DNA of 64,000 bases from an uncultured Thermoplasmatales archaeon (lineage in GTDB: Archaea > Thermoplasmatota > E2 > DHVEG-1): assembly GCA_964615235.1 (NCBI GenBank), contig CAZTMK010000007.1, positions 22,630-86,629 on the forward strand, read 5' to 3'. Positions within the stretch are counted from its first letter, which is position 1; every line of letters starts with the position of its first letter. The notes beneath the pieces are model-generated. The model worked only from the letters and a program-made list of their open reading frames with translations. It made no database searches and was not told the DNA's origin. Of the stretch, positions 42,963 through 52,370 are shown piece by piece. The position numbers and the translations under genes were made by a program.

Positions 42963-43046
42963 ATGTCAAGACATCTAATATTTGCAGGAATAACTTCTAT
43001 AATATTAATTTTAATTATAATGTTTTTATCAACTTCAATGTTTTAA
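42963..43046 (+). CDS. Candidate 27-aa hydrophobic mini-protein.
   Basis: MSRHLIFAGITSIILILIIMFLSTSMF. It is preceded by the SD-like AGAGGGAAG, 7 nt upstream. It lies in an ~800-bp non-coding gap. Confidence 0.25.
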   Translation: MSRHLIFAGITSIILILIIMFLSTSMF

Positions 43047-43211
43047 TAAAATTTGAAAAATTTATTGAGAAAAGCTTGAGTTGTATTCTAACCCTTATTT
43101 GCTCGCTCTCAAATGCGATTTTTTAAAAAAACATAAATTTTTATAAACATTAATTATAATACGTAATCAATAAAGTTTCAATTGTAAAAAATTGGCAAAT
43201 GATGGGGTAGC

Positions 43212-43307
43212 ATGATAAGTATATTAGTTAGAATAATGATATTGGGCATAGGTTTTGTAATCTTGAGTTGGCTTTTTAGAAAAAATTATCTTCATTCTGA
43301 TAGTTGA
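43212..43307 (+). CDS. Candidate 31-aa hydrophobic mini-protein.
   Basis: MISILVRIMILGIGFVILSWLFRKNYLHSDS. A GGGG run sits 6 nt upstream. Same intergenic gap. Confidence 0.2.
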   Translation: MISILVRIMILGIGFVILSWLFRKNYLHSDS

Positions 43308-43458
43308 TGCCTATTTAGAAATTATTTGAATATAATAAGGGTTTTTTTAAAATTGCAATGAAAATTTTTTAAAATGCTTTCTTCTATCCGTCTTTTAATA
43401 TTGCACAAAAAATTGTAATAAATTGAAAGTAATAATGTGTATTGTTGGGGTAAGGATA

Positions 43459-43968
43459 ATGACACCAAAAATTGATAAAACGAGTTTTGTAGCAAGTTCT
43501 GCAGTCATAATTGGAAATGTAAAAATTGGCAAAAATTGTGGAATATTTCCCAATGCTGTAATAAGAGGTGATAAAAATGAAATCAATATTGACGATGGAT
43601 CCAACGTCCAAGACTGTGCAGTTATCCATACTGACTCTGAACACAAGGTAAACATTGGGAAAAACGTATCAATTGGACACGGTGCCATAGTGCATGGGGC
43701 AACCATTCACGACAATGTTATTGTCGGGATGCATGCAACTATCATGAACGGTGCAATTGTTGAAAGAGGATCAATAATAGGCGCAAGTTCCCTTGTTACA
43801 GCTAACAAAAAAATTCCAACCCATAGTCTAGTAACAGGAGTTCCAGGAACGGTTATCAAACAGGATAAAAATTACGAAGAGATGTGTATTAAAAATGCGG
43901 AGGAATATCATAAATTAACAGATCAACATTTACATAATAAGCACGCTTATTATAAAAAAACAAATTAA
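43459..43968 (+). CDS. Gamma-class carbonic anhydrase / hexapeptide-repeat (LbH) protein.
   Basis: AAGGATA SD before MTPKIDK. Left-handed beta-helix hexapeptide repeats. HTD...H...H metal ligands typical of the gamma-CA/PaaY family. Confidence 0.75.
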   Translation: MTPKIDKTSFVASSAVIIGNVKIGKNCGIFPNAVIRGDKNEINIDDGSNVQDCAVIHTDSEHKVNIGKNVSIGHGAIVHGATIHDNVIVGMHATIMNGAIVERGSIIGASSLVTANKKIPTHSLVTGVPGTVIKQDKNYEEMCIKNAEEYHKLTDQHLHNKHAYYKKTN

Positions 43969-43976
43969 CAATTTTG

Positions 43977-44462
43977 TTACTTATTTTTCTTTAACTTTTT
44001 TCTCGTATATTCAAGTAAACCTCCGGCTTTACTAATAGCCAAAATTTCTTTTGGAAGCTTTGGGAAAGAAAATTTTTTTTCACTTATGCTAATTTTTCCT
44101 CTTTCTAAATCAAGTGAAATGTCATCACCATCTGAATACGCCTTTACTGCTTCAGGACATTCGATTAGCGTTAAACCCTGATTGATAGATGATCTATAAA
44201 AAATACGGGCGTAACTTTCAGCAATAACGGCTTTTATTCCAACTGCTTTTAGACCCACTACCGGCTGTTCTCGTGAACTTCCACAACCAAAGTTTTTGCC
44301 AGCCAGAATAATGTCCCCCTCTTTTACTGCATTGGCAAATGAAGGATCAAGATCTTCTAGTAAATGAGGTTTGATTTCACTTGGGGTACTGCATGTGTAT
44401 GTATATTTTCCAGGAAATAGCATATCAGTGTTTATGTTATCACCATATCTCCATACCTTCAT
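43977..44462 (-). CDS. leuD: 3-isopropylmalate/homoaconitate dehydratase small subunit (LeuD-like).
   Basis: The aconitase swivel-domain small subunit. It overlaps the start of the large subunit. Confidence 0.8.
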   Translation of the reverse strand: MKVWRYGDNINTDMLFPGKYTYTCSTPSEIKPHLLEDLDPSFANAVKEGDIILAGKNFGCGSSREQPVVGLKAVGIKAVIAESYARIFYRSSINQGLTLIECPEAVKAYSDGDDISLDLERGKISISEKKFSFPKLPKEILAISKAGGLLEYTRKKLKKNK

Positions 44463-45727
44463 TTTTTCATCTCCCTTCTTGGATCGGTTATTTTTCCATG
44501 GATTGCCGATACAGCAACTGTAGCAGGACTGGCAAGATAAATTTCTGCATCCTTACAACCCATTCTTCCCTTAAAATTACGATTTGCCGTACTTAAACAT
44601 CTTTCACCGGGTGCAAGTACTCCTTGATGAGCTCCAAGACATGGCCCGCATCCAGGAGGTAAAATAATTCCACCTGCTTTGACGATAGTATCAATAATTT
44701 TATTTTTTAGCGCCTCTTCTAAAATTTGTTTTGAGGCAGGTAATATAAGAAGTCTTACATCTGGATGGACAGTTTTACCTCTTAGTAAATTGGCAGTTAT
44801 CTGAAGATCAGAAATACGTCCGTTCGTACAAGTTCCAATAAAGCACTGTTGGATTTCAAGACCCTCAATTTCTGAGACAGGTTTTACATTATCAACGGTG
44901 TGCGGACAAGCAATTTGTGGTGATATTTTTGAAAGATCATAACTAAGTTCTTTTTCATATTCTGCATTGATATCAGGATAAACTGCATTGTAAGTAGATG
45001 GATCAACCTTAAGGAAATTAAGATATTTTCTTGTTACATCATCAACCATAAAAACAGCGTTTTTTGCTCCCATTTCAACTCCCATGTTGGTAATTGTGAA
45101 ACGATCTTCCACTGAAAACTGTTCAACATCTCCATGAAATTCCACAGAGCAATAGTTCGCACCAGATGCAGAGATATTACCAATAATGTATAGGATTAGA
45201 TCTTTAGAGTATACTCCTTCCTCTAGTTTTCCATTTAATTCCATTTTAATTGTTTGAGGAACTTTAAGCCAAGTTTCACCAGTCAACATCAACGCAGCTG
45301 ACTCAGTTCTATCAATACCTGAAGAAAAAGCTCCTATTGCACCATATGAGCATGTATGGGAGTCACTACCTAAAAGAAGTTTACCTGGCAGTGCAAGCCC
45401 TTTCTCAACTACAATTTGATGACAAATCCCGTTGCCAACATCAAAAAAATGTTTGGTTTTGTGTTTTTTTACAAAATCTCGTATGTTTTTATGATTCATT
45501 GCTGTTTTTTCAGATGCAGCAGGGATTACATGATCTAAAACAATTATCGGAAGTTCTCTTGAAAAAATTCCATACTCATCCAACTCTTTTGATATCTTTT
45601 GAATTATTGCAGCGGTATTGTCATGCGTGAGTAAATGATCTGGACGGACTGTAACAATTTCACCGGGTATCACCCTTTTTTTATTTGCGTATTTTGCCAG
45701 TACTTTTTCTGCAAATGTCATTACCAT
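44459..45727 (-). CDS. leuC: 3-isopropylmalate/homoaconitate dehydratase large subunit (LeuC-like).
   Basis: The aconitase-family Fe-S ligand region (GTCTNGR, PGCGPCLG). 422 aa, the archaeal short form. Confidence 0.8.
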   Translation of the reverse strand: MVMTFAEKVLAKYANKKRVIPGEIVTVRPDHLLTHDNTAAIIQKISKELDEYGIFSRELPIIVLDHVIPAASEKTAMNHKNIRDFVKKHKTKHFFDVGNGICHQIVVEKGLALPGKLLLGSDSHTCSYGAIGAFSSGIDRTESAALMLTGETWLKVPQTIKMELNGKLEEGVYSKDLILYIIGNISASGANYCSVEFHGDVEQFSVEDRFTITNMGVEMGAKNAVFMVDDVTRKYLNFLKVDPSTYNAVYPDINAEYEKELSYDLSKISPQIACPHTVDNVKPVSEIEGLEIQQCFIGTCTNGRISDLQITANLLRGKTVHPDVRLLILPASKQILEEALKNKIIDTIVKAGGIILPPGCGPCLGAHQGVLAPGERCLSTANRNFKGRMGCKDAEIYLASPATVAVSAIHGKITDPRREMKK

Positions 45728-45890
45728 AATTTTTCCCCTTTGTAGATTAATTTAGATTTTAGAGTTTGCAAATATTATTGAGATTCATTAATTTTTTCAA
45801 ATTCTTGTCATTGTATCAATTCGTTAAAAACACAAGAAAAATATAAGTCTTAGAATTTGTATATTGTAAATGTAGGTTTAGGATGGAGAG

Positions 45891-46739
45891 ATGGCTCACA
45901 AACATTTTTTCATAAATAAGAATGCTGTTGCAGGAGTAATTGAGGCTTTGTTACTTGTTGCGTTGGTATCAGTTGTTCTGTCAACAATCCAACTCATATA
46001 TATTCCACAAACTATGGAGCAAAGAGAAGCAGATCACATGGATGAAGTTGAAAATCAATTTTCATTTTTAAAATCGGTTATTGATTTACAATCAATGGTC
46101 AGTGAAAACGTTCCAATTTCATCACCAATTACACTTGGCAGTGATGAGCTTCCATATTTTGTAACCGCAAGAGCTTTTGGTCAATTGGATGTAATTGATG
46201 AGAGTAGAACAGATTCCAAGATTACCTCTGATTTTCTTATAGGCGTCCCTCTTACGTCTATATGCTACGAGGCGTTTAATTCATATTATATTGATCAATT
46301 ATATGTATTGGAGGGTGGTAGTGTCATAGTGAAACAACCTGATGGAGAAACGGTGATAATTGAACCATCGATAAAATTTGAAAATAGAAGTAGTGAAATA
46401 AGGATTTATTATAGTCTTCCTATGTTAAAAAGTGTGGAAGGTAAGAACTCAAACAGCGGTTATAAAAATCGATTCATTAGGACTAATTATTCAAGTAAAA
46501 CAACATATGCTGGTGCAACGACTTTTGTTAGAATTTATACTGATTATCTTGACGCTTGGAATAATTCATTAAATAAAATGCTTGAGGGGGAAATTAAAAA
46601 TGGCTATATTATTGTTAGAAAATATCCTCTAAACTCTCCACAGTATGTTAGCATTACACCCGGTACAAAAAATCTTTATTTGGAATTAACTGTGAATAAT
46701 ATTGGGGCTCAGATTGGTCCAGGTTATATATTTACCTGA
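45891..46739 (+). CDS. Type-IV-pilin-like / class III signal-peptide protein (archaeal pilin or FlaF/FlaG-like surface-structure protein).
   Basis: N-terminus MAHKHFFINKNA|VAGVIEALLLVALVSVVLSTIQL: a basic stretch, a putative prepilin-peptidase site after K-N-A, then a ~22-aa hydrophobic helix with Glu at +6. GGAG Shine-Dalgarno upstream. The rest of the 282 aa is non-hydrophobic and beta-rich. Confidence 0.5.
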   Translation: MAHKHFFINKNAVAGVIEALLLVALVSVVLSTIQLIYIPQTMEQREADHMDEVENQFSFLKSVIDLQSMVSENVPISSPITLGSDELPYFVTARAFGQLDVIDESRTDSKITSDFLIGVPLTSICYEAFNSYYIDQLYVLEGGSVIVKQPDGETVIIEPSIKFENRSSEIRIYYSLPMLKSVEGKNSNSGYKNRFIRTNYSSKTTYAGATTFVRIYTDYLDAWNNSLNKMLEGEIKNGYIIVRKYPLNSPQYVSITPGTKNLYLELTVNNIGAQIGPGYIFT

Positions 46740-46869
46740 TAAAATTTCCAGGATAATGAGTTTGTGTTTCCAATAAGTAAGCTTTTTATTGAAGATGGAT
46801 ATATAACTCTCGGAATGGTCTGATTGGAATAATTAAATCTTACAATACTAATAATTTGAGCGATATATC

Positions 46870-47655
46870 ATGAGCGATATTCAATTTGTTGGAAATCTTG
46901 AAAGGGTACAAAAAGATCCAATTTTAAAAACCCACATTGCTGGATTTGACTCGTTATTCGAAGCAGGGGGAATCCCTCGTGGAAACACTGTATTGGTGGC
47001 GGGAGGTCCGGGTACCGGTAAAAGTATAATATGCCGACAAATTTGTTTTAATCTTATTTCTAAGGGTAAAAACTGCATGTATGTTAGTTTTGAAGAAAAT
47101 GCAGACAGGATTGAAATGAGTATGGATAAATTTGGATGGGATGTGAGGAAATATATTGAAAACAATCAGTTTTTAATTCAACAAATTAATCCTTTGGATA
47201 TTTTAAGAATGAAGTTTGGCTCTCTAGGAGGTTCAGGATCCGCAACCGAGGTTTCAAGCCGAATAAAACCTTTAGTTATTCCAAAGGATTTTTATCCAGA
47301 GGTTATAGTTGTGGATTCTTTAACAGCAATTATTTCCGTATCTGTTACAAAGGATAAGAATTATAGGGTTTATCTTCAGCAACTGTTTGATTTTTTTGAG
47401 GAGTCGGGGGCCACATCCTTTCTAATTACCGAAACAGATCCGGTTCCTAGTAGATTCAGTGAATCAGGCATTGAGGAATTCTTAGCTGATGGAATCATTG
47501 TTTTGTATAATTTGAAAAACAAAAACGGTAGAGAAAGTGCAATTGAAGTCTTGAAGATGAGGAATATGAAGCACGAAAAACGAGTGGTTTCTATGCAAAT
47601 AACAGAGGACGGTATTGAGATATTTCCCGATAGAACTGTAGATTTTTCACAATAA
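46870..47655 (+). CDS. Single-domain KaiC/RadA-superfamily ATPase (FlaH/ArlH-like).
   Basis: GFDSLFEAGGIPRGNTVLVAGGPGTGKSIICRQ Walker A in the characteristic KaiC context. Walker B VIVVDSL. 261 aa. Confidence 0.75.
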   Translation: MSDIQFVGNLERVQKDPILKTHIAGFDSLFEAGGIPRGNTVLVAGGPGTGKSIICRQICFNLISKGKNCMYVSFEENADRIEMSMDKFGWDVRKYIENNQFLIQQINPLDILRMKFGSLGGSGSATEVSSRIKPLVIPKDFYPEVIVVDSLTAIISVSVTKDKNYRVYLQQLFDFFEESGATSFLITETDPVPSRFSESGIEEFLADGIIVLYNLKNKNGRESAIEVLKMRNMKHEKRVVSMQITEDGIEIFPDRTVDFSQ

Positions 47656-47659
47656 ATTT

Positions 47660-47887
47660 TTATAAAAATTTGAAAGGCTCTGCATGTTGACTAAGTCTTT
47701 TTGCACCATATCTCATAATGTTATTTTCAATTTGTTTTATTTGAATTCTGTTTAGACCTGTACGTTTCAAAATTAGTTTATCGTCTTCGTCGAAGATACG
47801 GATTGTGCCATCATCTGGGCATAAGATGGCTTTGATTATTCTTCCAAATTGGAGCCATATCCAGATGCTGACATTTTGTTGGGACAA
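47660..47887 (-). CDS. Small hypothetical protein (75 aa) lying between the two KaiC-like genes on the opposite strand.
   Basis: An ORF with no recognisable motif. It may be non-coding. Confidence 0.2.
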   Translation of the reverse strand: MSQQNVSIWIWLQFGRIIKAILCPDDGTIRIFDEDDKLILKRTGLNRIQIKQIENNIMRYGAKRLSQHAEPFKFL

Positions 47888-48079
47888 TTAATCACCTAGC
47901 AATTTTATATGTATTATTTTTATTTTTATAAGTATATAAATATTTCTTTTAACCTCCAGAAAACTATATTAAGCATAAGTGAAAGACAAAAAGAAAGACT
48001 TAAAAATTGTAATTTTTTAGCAATTTAAGATACCTAAAAAATAAAGGATAAAATAATATAATAGCAATGTTATTTCATA

Positions 48080-48850
48080 ATGGGAATGGATGTGGCTGAG
48101 GAAATGTTCTATCGGCAAGATCAAATTGATGATAGGGTTAAAACAGGTTTGGAAGGTCTAGATTCTCTCGTTCAAGGTGGTTTTCCAAAGAGATCGATTA
48201 ATTTGGTTTCTGGCCCACCTGGAAGTGGAAAAAGCATATTTTGTTTCCAATTTCTCTACGAGGGATTAAAAAATAACGAGAAAGGACTTTATCTCACTTT
48301 AGATAAGAAAGTCGATGGTATAATTAATCAAGCCAAAAAAATTGGGTTTGATTTTACTTCTGCTATTGAAAATAAATTGGTTAAATTTCAATATTTGAAC
48401 ATAAATAAAAAAATGATATACGAAAACATGACTAATGAAATTCTTTCGGGTAGCTATTCTAGGGTTATTCTCGACTCGATTTCACCTTTGGCTGAAATGC
48501 CAATTTTTATTAAAAATACAGACAACATCCCTGACATTAGTATAATTAATTCTGCCAGTGGTGAATCATCTAAGTCCGAATTACCTATAAGAAGACTACA
48601 TTTAAGATATATTTTTGATGCTCTGGAGACATCTGAAACAACTTCCATTGTAACCTCTGAATTGCCATTAGGATCTACTATACTTTCACGTGATGGCATT
48701 TCGGAATTTCTTGCAGATTCGGTAATTCTTCTAAATTTTGATCCCACTATGGATAGAAGAAAAATATCAGTAATGAAGATGAGAAATACCAAGCACACCC
48801 TTAAACCTCAAGAGATAGAAATTGGAATCGGCGGTCTGCGTATTTTATGA
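48080..48850 (+). CDS. Second single-domain KaiC/RadA-superfamily ATPase (FlaH/ArlH-like).
   Basis: GLEGLDSLVQGGFPKRSINLVSGPPGSGKSIFCFQ Walker A, Walker B VILDSIS. 256 aa. It is diverged from the first copy. Confidence 0.75.
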   Translation: MGMDVAEEMFYRQDQIDDRVKTGLEGLDSLVQGGFPKRSINLVSGPPGSGKSIFCFQFLYEGLKNNEKGLYLTLDKKVDGIINQAKKIGFDFTSAIENKLVKFQYLNINKKMIYENMTNEILSGSYSRVILDSISPLAEMPIFIKNTDNIPDISIINSASGESSKSELPIRRLHLRYIFDALETSETTSIVTSELPLGSTILSRDGISEFLADSVILLNFDPTMDRRKISVMKMRNTKHTLKPQEIEIGIGGLRIL

Positions 48851-48863
48851 TTGGTCGAGTCAG

Positions 48864-49331
48864 ATGTTTCATTATCGACCTCCAAAAAAACTAAGGGCAC
48901 TATTTATTGTGCATTATGCACCCCTGTTGCTTATCATTTTGATTGGTCCGCTAACTGCTTTTTATGGAGTATGGGAGATACCTTTTCATCGTTTAGCAAC
49001 CATTCTTTCCGGTTTGACAATTTTTATTATTGGTACTTTCATTTATTTTAAATGGGAGATTTTTTGGACAAAGACTTATCGTGGGCAACTTGTAACTGGC
49101 GGGATTTTTCAATATATTAGACATCCACACTATGCTTCAATTATAATTGTTGGGTTTGGACTTGCACTATTTTTTTTTTCACTTGCCGCTCTGTTAATAG
49201 CTGTAGTTGCATTGCCAGTAATGATGTGGAGTATTTTTGATGAGGAAAAACTTCTGATAAAAAAATACGGAGAAGAATACAAGAAATTTATGAAGGATGT
49301 ACCTTGGAGAATAATTCCAAAGATCTTTTGA
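48864..49331 (+). CDS. Membrane methyltransferase of the ICMT/PEMT-like family, a paralog of the gene at 4584..5153.
   Basis: LVTGGIFQYIRHPHYAS plus EE.L...YGEEY..Y...VP. The ATG at 48864 avoids overlap with the KaiC-like gene. The ORF track start is 48822. Confidence 0.55.
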   Translation: MFHYRPPKKLRALFIVHYAPLLLIILIGPLTAFYGVWEIPFHRLATILSGLTIFIIGTFIYFKWEIFWTKTYRGQLVTGGIFQYIRHPHYASIIIVGFGLALFFFSLAALLIAVVALPVMMWSIFDEEKLLIKKYGEEYKKFMKDVPWRIIPKIF

Positions 49332-49342
49332 GTAAATTAGTT

Positions 49343-50278
49343 TTAAATTTCATTTTTGTACCATTCAGTTATATCATTAACTGTTGAATCAAGATCATGG
49401 ATTGGATTATAACCCAATTTTTTTCTTGCCTTCTCGCAACTTATTTGGCGAGTGGTCCCTAATGATTTAACTCGAAATTTTGTAAGGTTCGGTGGTTTGG
49501 CAAGAAGTTCAGAAATAGTTGCATAGAGATAGGCGATAAAATAAGGAATATGTTTGTCTGGAGGGGGAATATTAAGTTTTTCAGAAATTGTTGTTAATAA
49601 GCCCTTTATTGAACAAGTGAAACTTACTACATTGAAAATATCTCCAATGTGGTCTTTTTCAAAAGCTAAACGAAGGCATTGAGCAACGTCCATGGGATGT
49701 GCAATGGAAATTAACTGCTCACCAGAACCGATGTAACTAATTTCATTTGAAGCAATTTTTGATATTATTAATTTTGTAGCATGGGAGTTAGGTCCAATTA
49801 CTAGCGGCGGTCGAATAATTGATACAATAGTTTCCTCGGCCAGACATAAGACAGTTTCACCATCCAACTTTGATTGGTGATAATGATTAAGGGGGTTGAG
49901 AGGACTATTTTCAGTTATTCTTTCTGAGATGTTTGGAAATCCATATACACCTGCTGAACTGGTATACACAATTCTTTTGATCCCATTTTTTTGGCAAAGT
50001 TGTAATATATTTTTTGTTCCCCGAACATTTACATTTTGAAAATCTTTTCTTTTACCCCAATCCATTGCAAGAGCGGCATTATGAAATACACCGTCAATAT
50101 CTACAAAAGCATCAAACAAAGTTTCTTTTTTTGTAATATCTCCCACTACAATATCTGCTCCCTGAATCGAAAAATCAGGGTTTCTTGTGAGAGCTACAAC
50201 CTTATAATTGTGTGACAATAATTCATTTATAATATTTTTACCAATAAATCCACTAGCACCAGTTACTAGAACACGCAT
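49343..50278 (-). CDS. NAD-dependent epimerase/dehydratase (extended SDR).
   Basis: MRVLVTGASGFIGKNII Rossmann motif, the YxxxK region, and 311 aa. Confidence 0.75.
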   Translation of the reverse strand: MRVLVTGASGFIGKNIINELLSHNYKVVALTRNPDFSIQGADIVVGDITKKETLFDAFVDIDGVFHNAALAMDWGKRKDFQNVNVRGTKNILQLCQKNGIKRIVYTSSAGVYGFPNISERITENSPLNPLNHYHQSKLDGETVLCLAEETIVSIIRPPLVIGPNSHATKLIISKIASNEISYIGSGEQLISIAHPMDVAQCLRLAFEKDHIGDIFNVVSFTCSIKGLLTTISEKLNIPPPDKHIPYFIAYLYATISELLAKPPNLTKFRVKSLGTTRQISCEKARKKLGYNPIHDLDSTVNDITEWYKNEI

Positions 50279-50417
50279 GTTATAGTAAATATTATGAGGT
50301 AATATTTAACAAATTTGATTTTTGTTATAAACATCATTTTTTTTGAATATCGATCAAGAAAAAGGATAACTATTTAACAATATTTCTACTATCTGGAGAA
50401 AATTATCAAGATTTAGT

Positions 50418-50945
50418 GTGAAAATAATGAACTCAGATAAACAGACTTTGACAATTTCCAGATCTCGTAACTATTTGATATATCTGATCATTTTTATGGG
50501 CCTTGTTGCCATAATGGATCAATATCTTTCAAGTGTGAAGATGACTGCACTGCCTTATATTTGTCAAACTTATAATATTTCAACGGCCGACTTTGAATGG
50601 TGGGAAGGTTGGTACTTAATTCCAACTTTTTTCATTTTTTTGCTTAATGGATTAAATGATATAATAGGAAGAAAATTGTCGATTCTTATATTAATTCTTA
50701 TGATGGGTTTTTCTTCTATTGCAATTGTACTTTATACTTCAACATTTCATTTGTTTATGTTTTTTTATGCTATTATGACTTTTACTACTGTGTCAAATAT
50801 GTGGAGCATTCCCATTAGTGAGGAATCACCTGCACAAAAAAGATCAGTAATAAAAAAAATACAAGTGGCATCAACCAGGCTATCAAAAGACCTAACTCCA
50901 TTTATTTCACCTCAATATGTAATTGCCTCCCCTTTGGCGAATTAG
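50418..50945 (+). CDS. MFS-transporter-like N-terminal fragment (4 TM helices), probably a truncated remnant.
   Basis: TM1-TM4 with the MFS loop motif GLNDIIGRK between TM2 and TM3. The ORF ends after 175 aa, against the 12 TM expected. Confidence 0.35.
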   Translation: MKIMNSDKQTLTISRSRNYLIYLIIFMGLVAIMDQYLSSVKMTALPYICQTYNISTADFEWWEGWYLIPTFFIFLLNGLNDIIGRKLSILILILMMGFSSIAIVLYTSTFHLFMFFYAIMTFTTVSNMWSIPISEESPAQKRSVIKKIQVASTRLSKDLTPFISPQYVIASPLAN

Positions 50946-50976
50946 TGTAGCTTTTTATCACTTTTAAAATTATTTA

Positions 50977-51669
50977 TTAAAGTTTTTTTGCCGATGTAAC
51001 CTCGCCATCTTTTGATTTCATCGAGAACAATATCGGATAAACAATATCACTTGTACAACAAGGAATCCATACTGCTAAGAAAAGAAATACAAATATTCCG
51101 ATCATTTGTAAAAATGTTATCGTTGAACCTATCGCAGTTATTATGTGAAAAAGCGATGCCCATGTACTTATTAAAACATGTCCTGCATGTGGTAACTTTG
51201 TTACACCTCTCCAATAACCTAAAAGTATTCCAATAATTGCGGGGATATTTGTGCGAAGGGGTGCTTCAATAAATCCGATATGTGCTTCTGGGTTATCAAG
51301 TCCCAGAATTGTTTCACCCATAAAAGGAATAATGGAATCACTAATTGTTGCGATGCCTACTGATCCGGTATAGCCAATTATTAATGCAAGCCATAAGTTT
51401 TTTTTGTTATATTTTATGAAAAGTGTTGTAGTAACAATCGCACTAAAAAACACATGAGTGGGATGAAGAATATAAAATATATCTTCCGAAATTGGTGAAA
51501 CATAATCAAGAAAATTTCCGTATATAATTATTATCATGATGGCAATGCCAGTAAGTGCACCAAATATTGTGAAAGGAGCATGATTTTTCATTTCATGTAC
51601 TAGTCTTGTAAGAATTTTCCCCATGAGTATCGATATTTTGTTAAGATTTATAAAATTTATTAATAACAT
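50977..51669 (-). CDS. Polytopic membrane protein of unknown function (possible metal transporter, given the adjacent nikR).
   Basis: About six TM helices with His-rich segments (ILHPTHVFF, LPHAGHVLIS). No secure family assignment. Confidence 0.4.
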   Translation of the reverse strand: MLLINFINLNKISILMGKILTRLVHEMKNHAPFTIFGALTGIAIMIIIIYGNFLDYVSPISEDIFYILHPTHVFFSAIVTTTLFIKYNKKNLWLALIIGYTGSVGIATISDSIIPFMGETILGLDNPEAHIGFIEAPLRTNIPAIIGILLGYWRGVTKLPHAGHVLISTWASLFHIITAIGSTITFLQMIGIFVFLFLAVWIPCCTSDIVYPILFSMKSKDGEVTSAKKL

Positions 51670-51710
51670 TTATGTAAATTTTTTAAATAAGTTATTAATA
51701 TTGTTGATTA

Positions 51711-52091
51711 ATGGTAGTTGTAAGTATCTCTCTTAATGAAAATATTTTGAATGAAATCGATAGAATGGAAAAGGAACTAGGGTATTCTGGCAGATCTGAA
51801 GTCATTAGAGCCGGCGCTCGATATTTAATTTCAGAATTTAAAGATAGAGAAAAAATTTCCGGTCAAATCAACGCAATACTTCTTTTGATTCATTCTTCAG
51901 ATTCAGAGGATGTTGTTTCTGAGATTAAACATAATTTTGAGGATGTCACTATTACACAGATACACAGCCATCTAAGAAATAAATGTCTTGAAATTTTTAT
52001 ATTGGAAGGTGATGCTGAAAAGATAAAAGAGATGGTTAGACTTTTTCAAACTAGCAGAAAAATGGACAATGTAAAATTAATTATTGCTTAA
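51711..52091 (+). CDS. nikR: Nickel-responsive transcriptional regulator NikR (ribbon-helix-helix plus ACT-like metal-binding domain).
   Basis: N-terminal RHH VVSISLNENILNEIDRMEKELGYSGRSEVIRAGARYL. The C-terminal domain carries H..H...C ligands (HSHLRNKC). Confidence 0.7.
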   Translation: MVVVSISLNENILNEIDRMEKELGYSGRSEVIRAGARYLISEFKDREKISGQINAILLLIHSSDSEDVVSEIKHNFEDVTITQIHSHLRNKCLEIFILEGDAEKIKEMVRLFQTSRKMDNVKLIIA

Positions 52092-52183
52092 TATGTCTTA
52101 AAATGCTAATTTGTGATTAATTATCAATTTGTTATTTTTACTAAATATCTTTATATTTTATTAAATCAAAAAATACCTTTTTA

Positions 52184-52351
52184 ATGATTGAAGTTCTGTT
52201 TGGATTATTCTTGATATTTGCTGTTGGTTTTCTAGGCGTATCCCTTCTGTATATTGTTGCGTTCATGTATGTGATGATGAGAGTAACGAAATATTACAAA
52301 TTATACGGAAAATATGGATATCGGCATTATAATCATCCAAGATATCAGTAA
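52184..52351 (+). CDS. Candidate 55-aa small membrane protein (one TM helix followed by a Tyr/Lys-rich tail).
   Basis: MIEVLFGLFLIFAVGFLGVSLLYIVAFMYVMMRVTKYYKLYGKYGYRHYNHPRYQ. No clear SD, and it is shorter than the ORF-track cutoff. Confidence 0.2.
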   Translation: MIEVLFGLFLIFAVGFLGVSLLYIVAFMYVMMRVTKYYKLYGKYGYRHYNHPRYQ

Positions 52352-52370
52352 GTATTTTGAAAATAGTCAT

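Noticed and set aside
43977-45727. leuC/leuD without a leuB neighbour, considered as a possible novel pathway.
   Set aside because: Archaeal LeuCD-like pairs commonly serve homoaconitase or isopropylmalate isomerase roles, and the partner dehydrogenase is encoded elsewhere. The pair is not unusual in itself.
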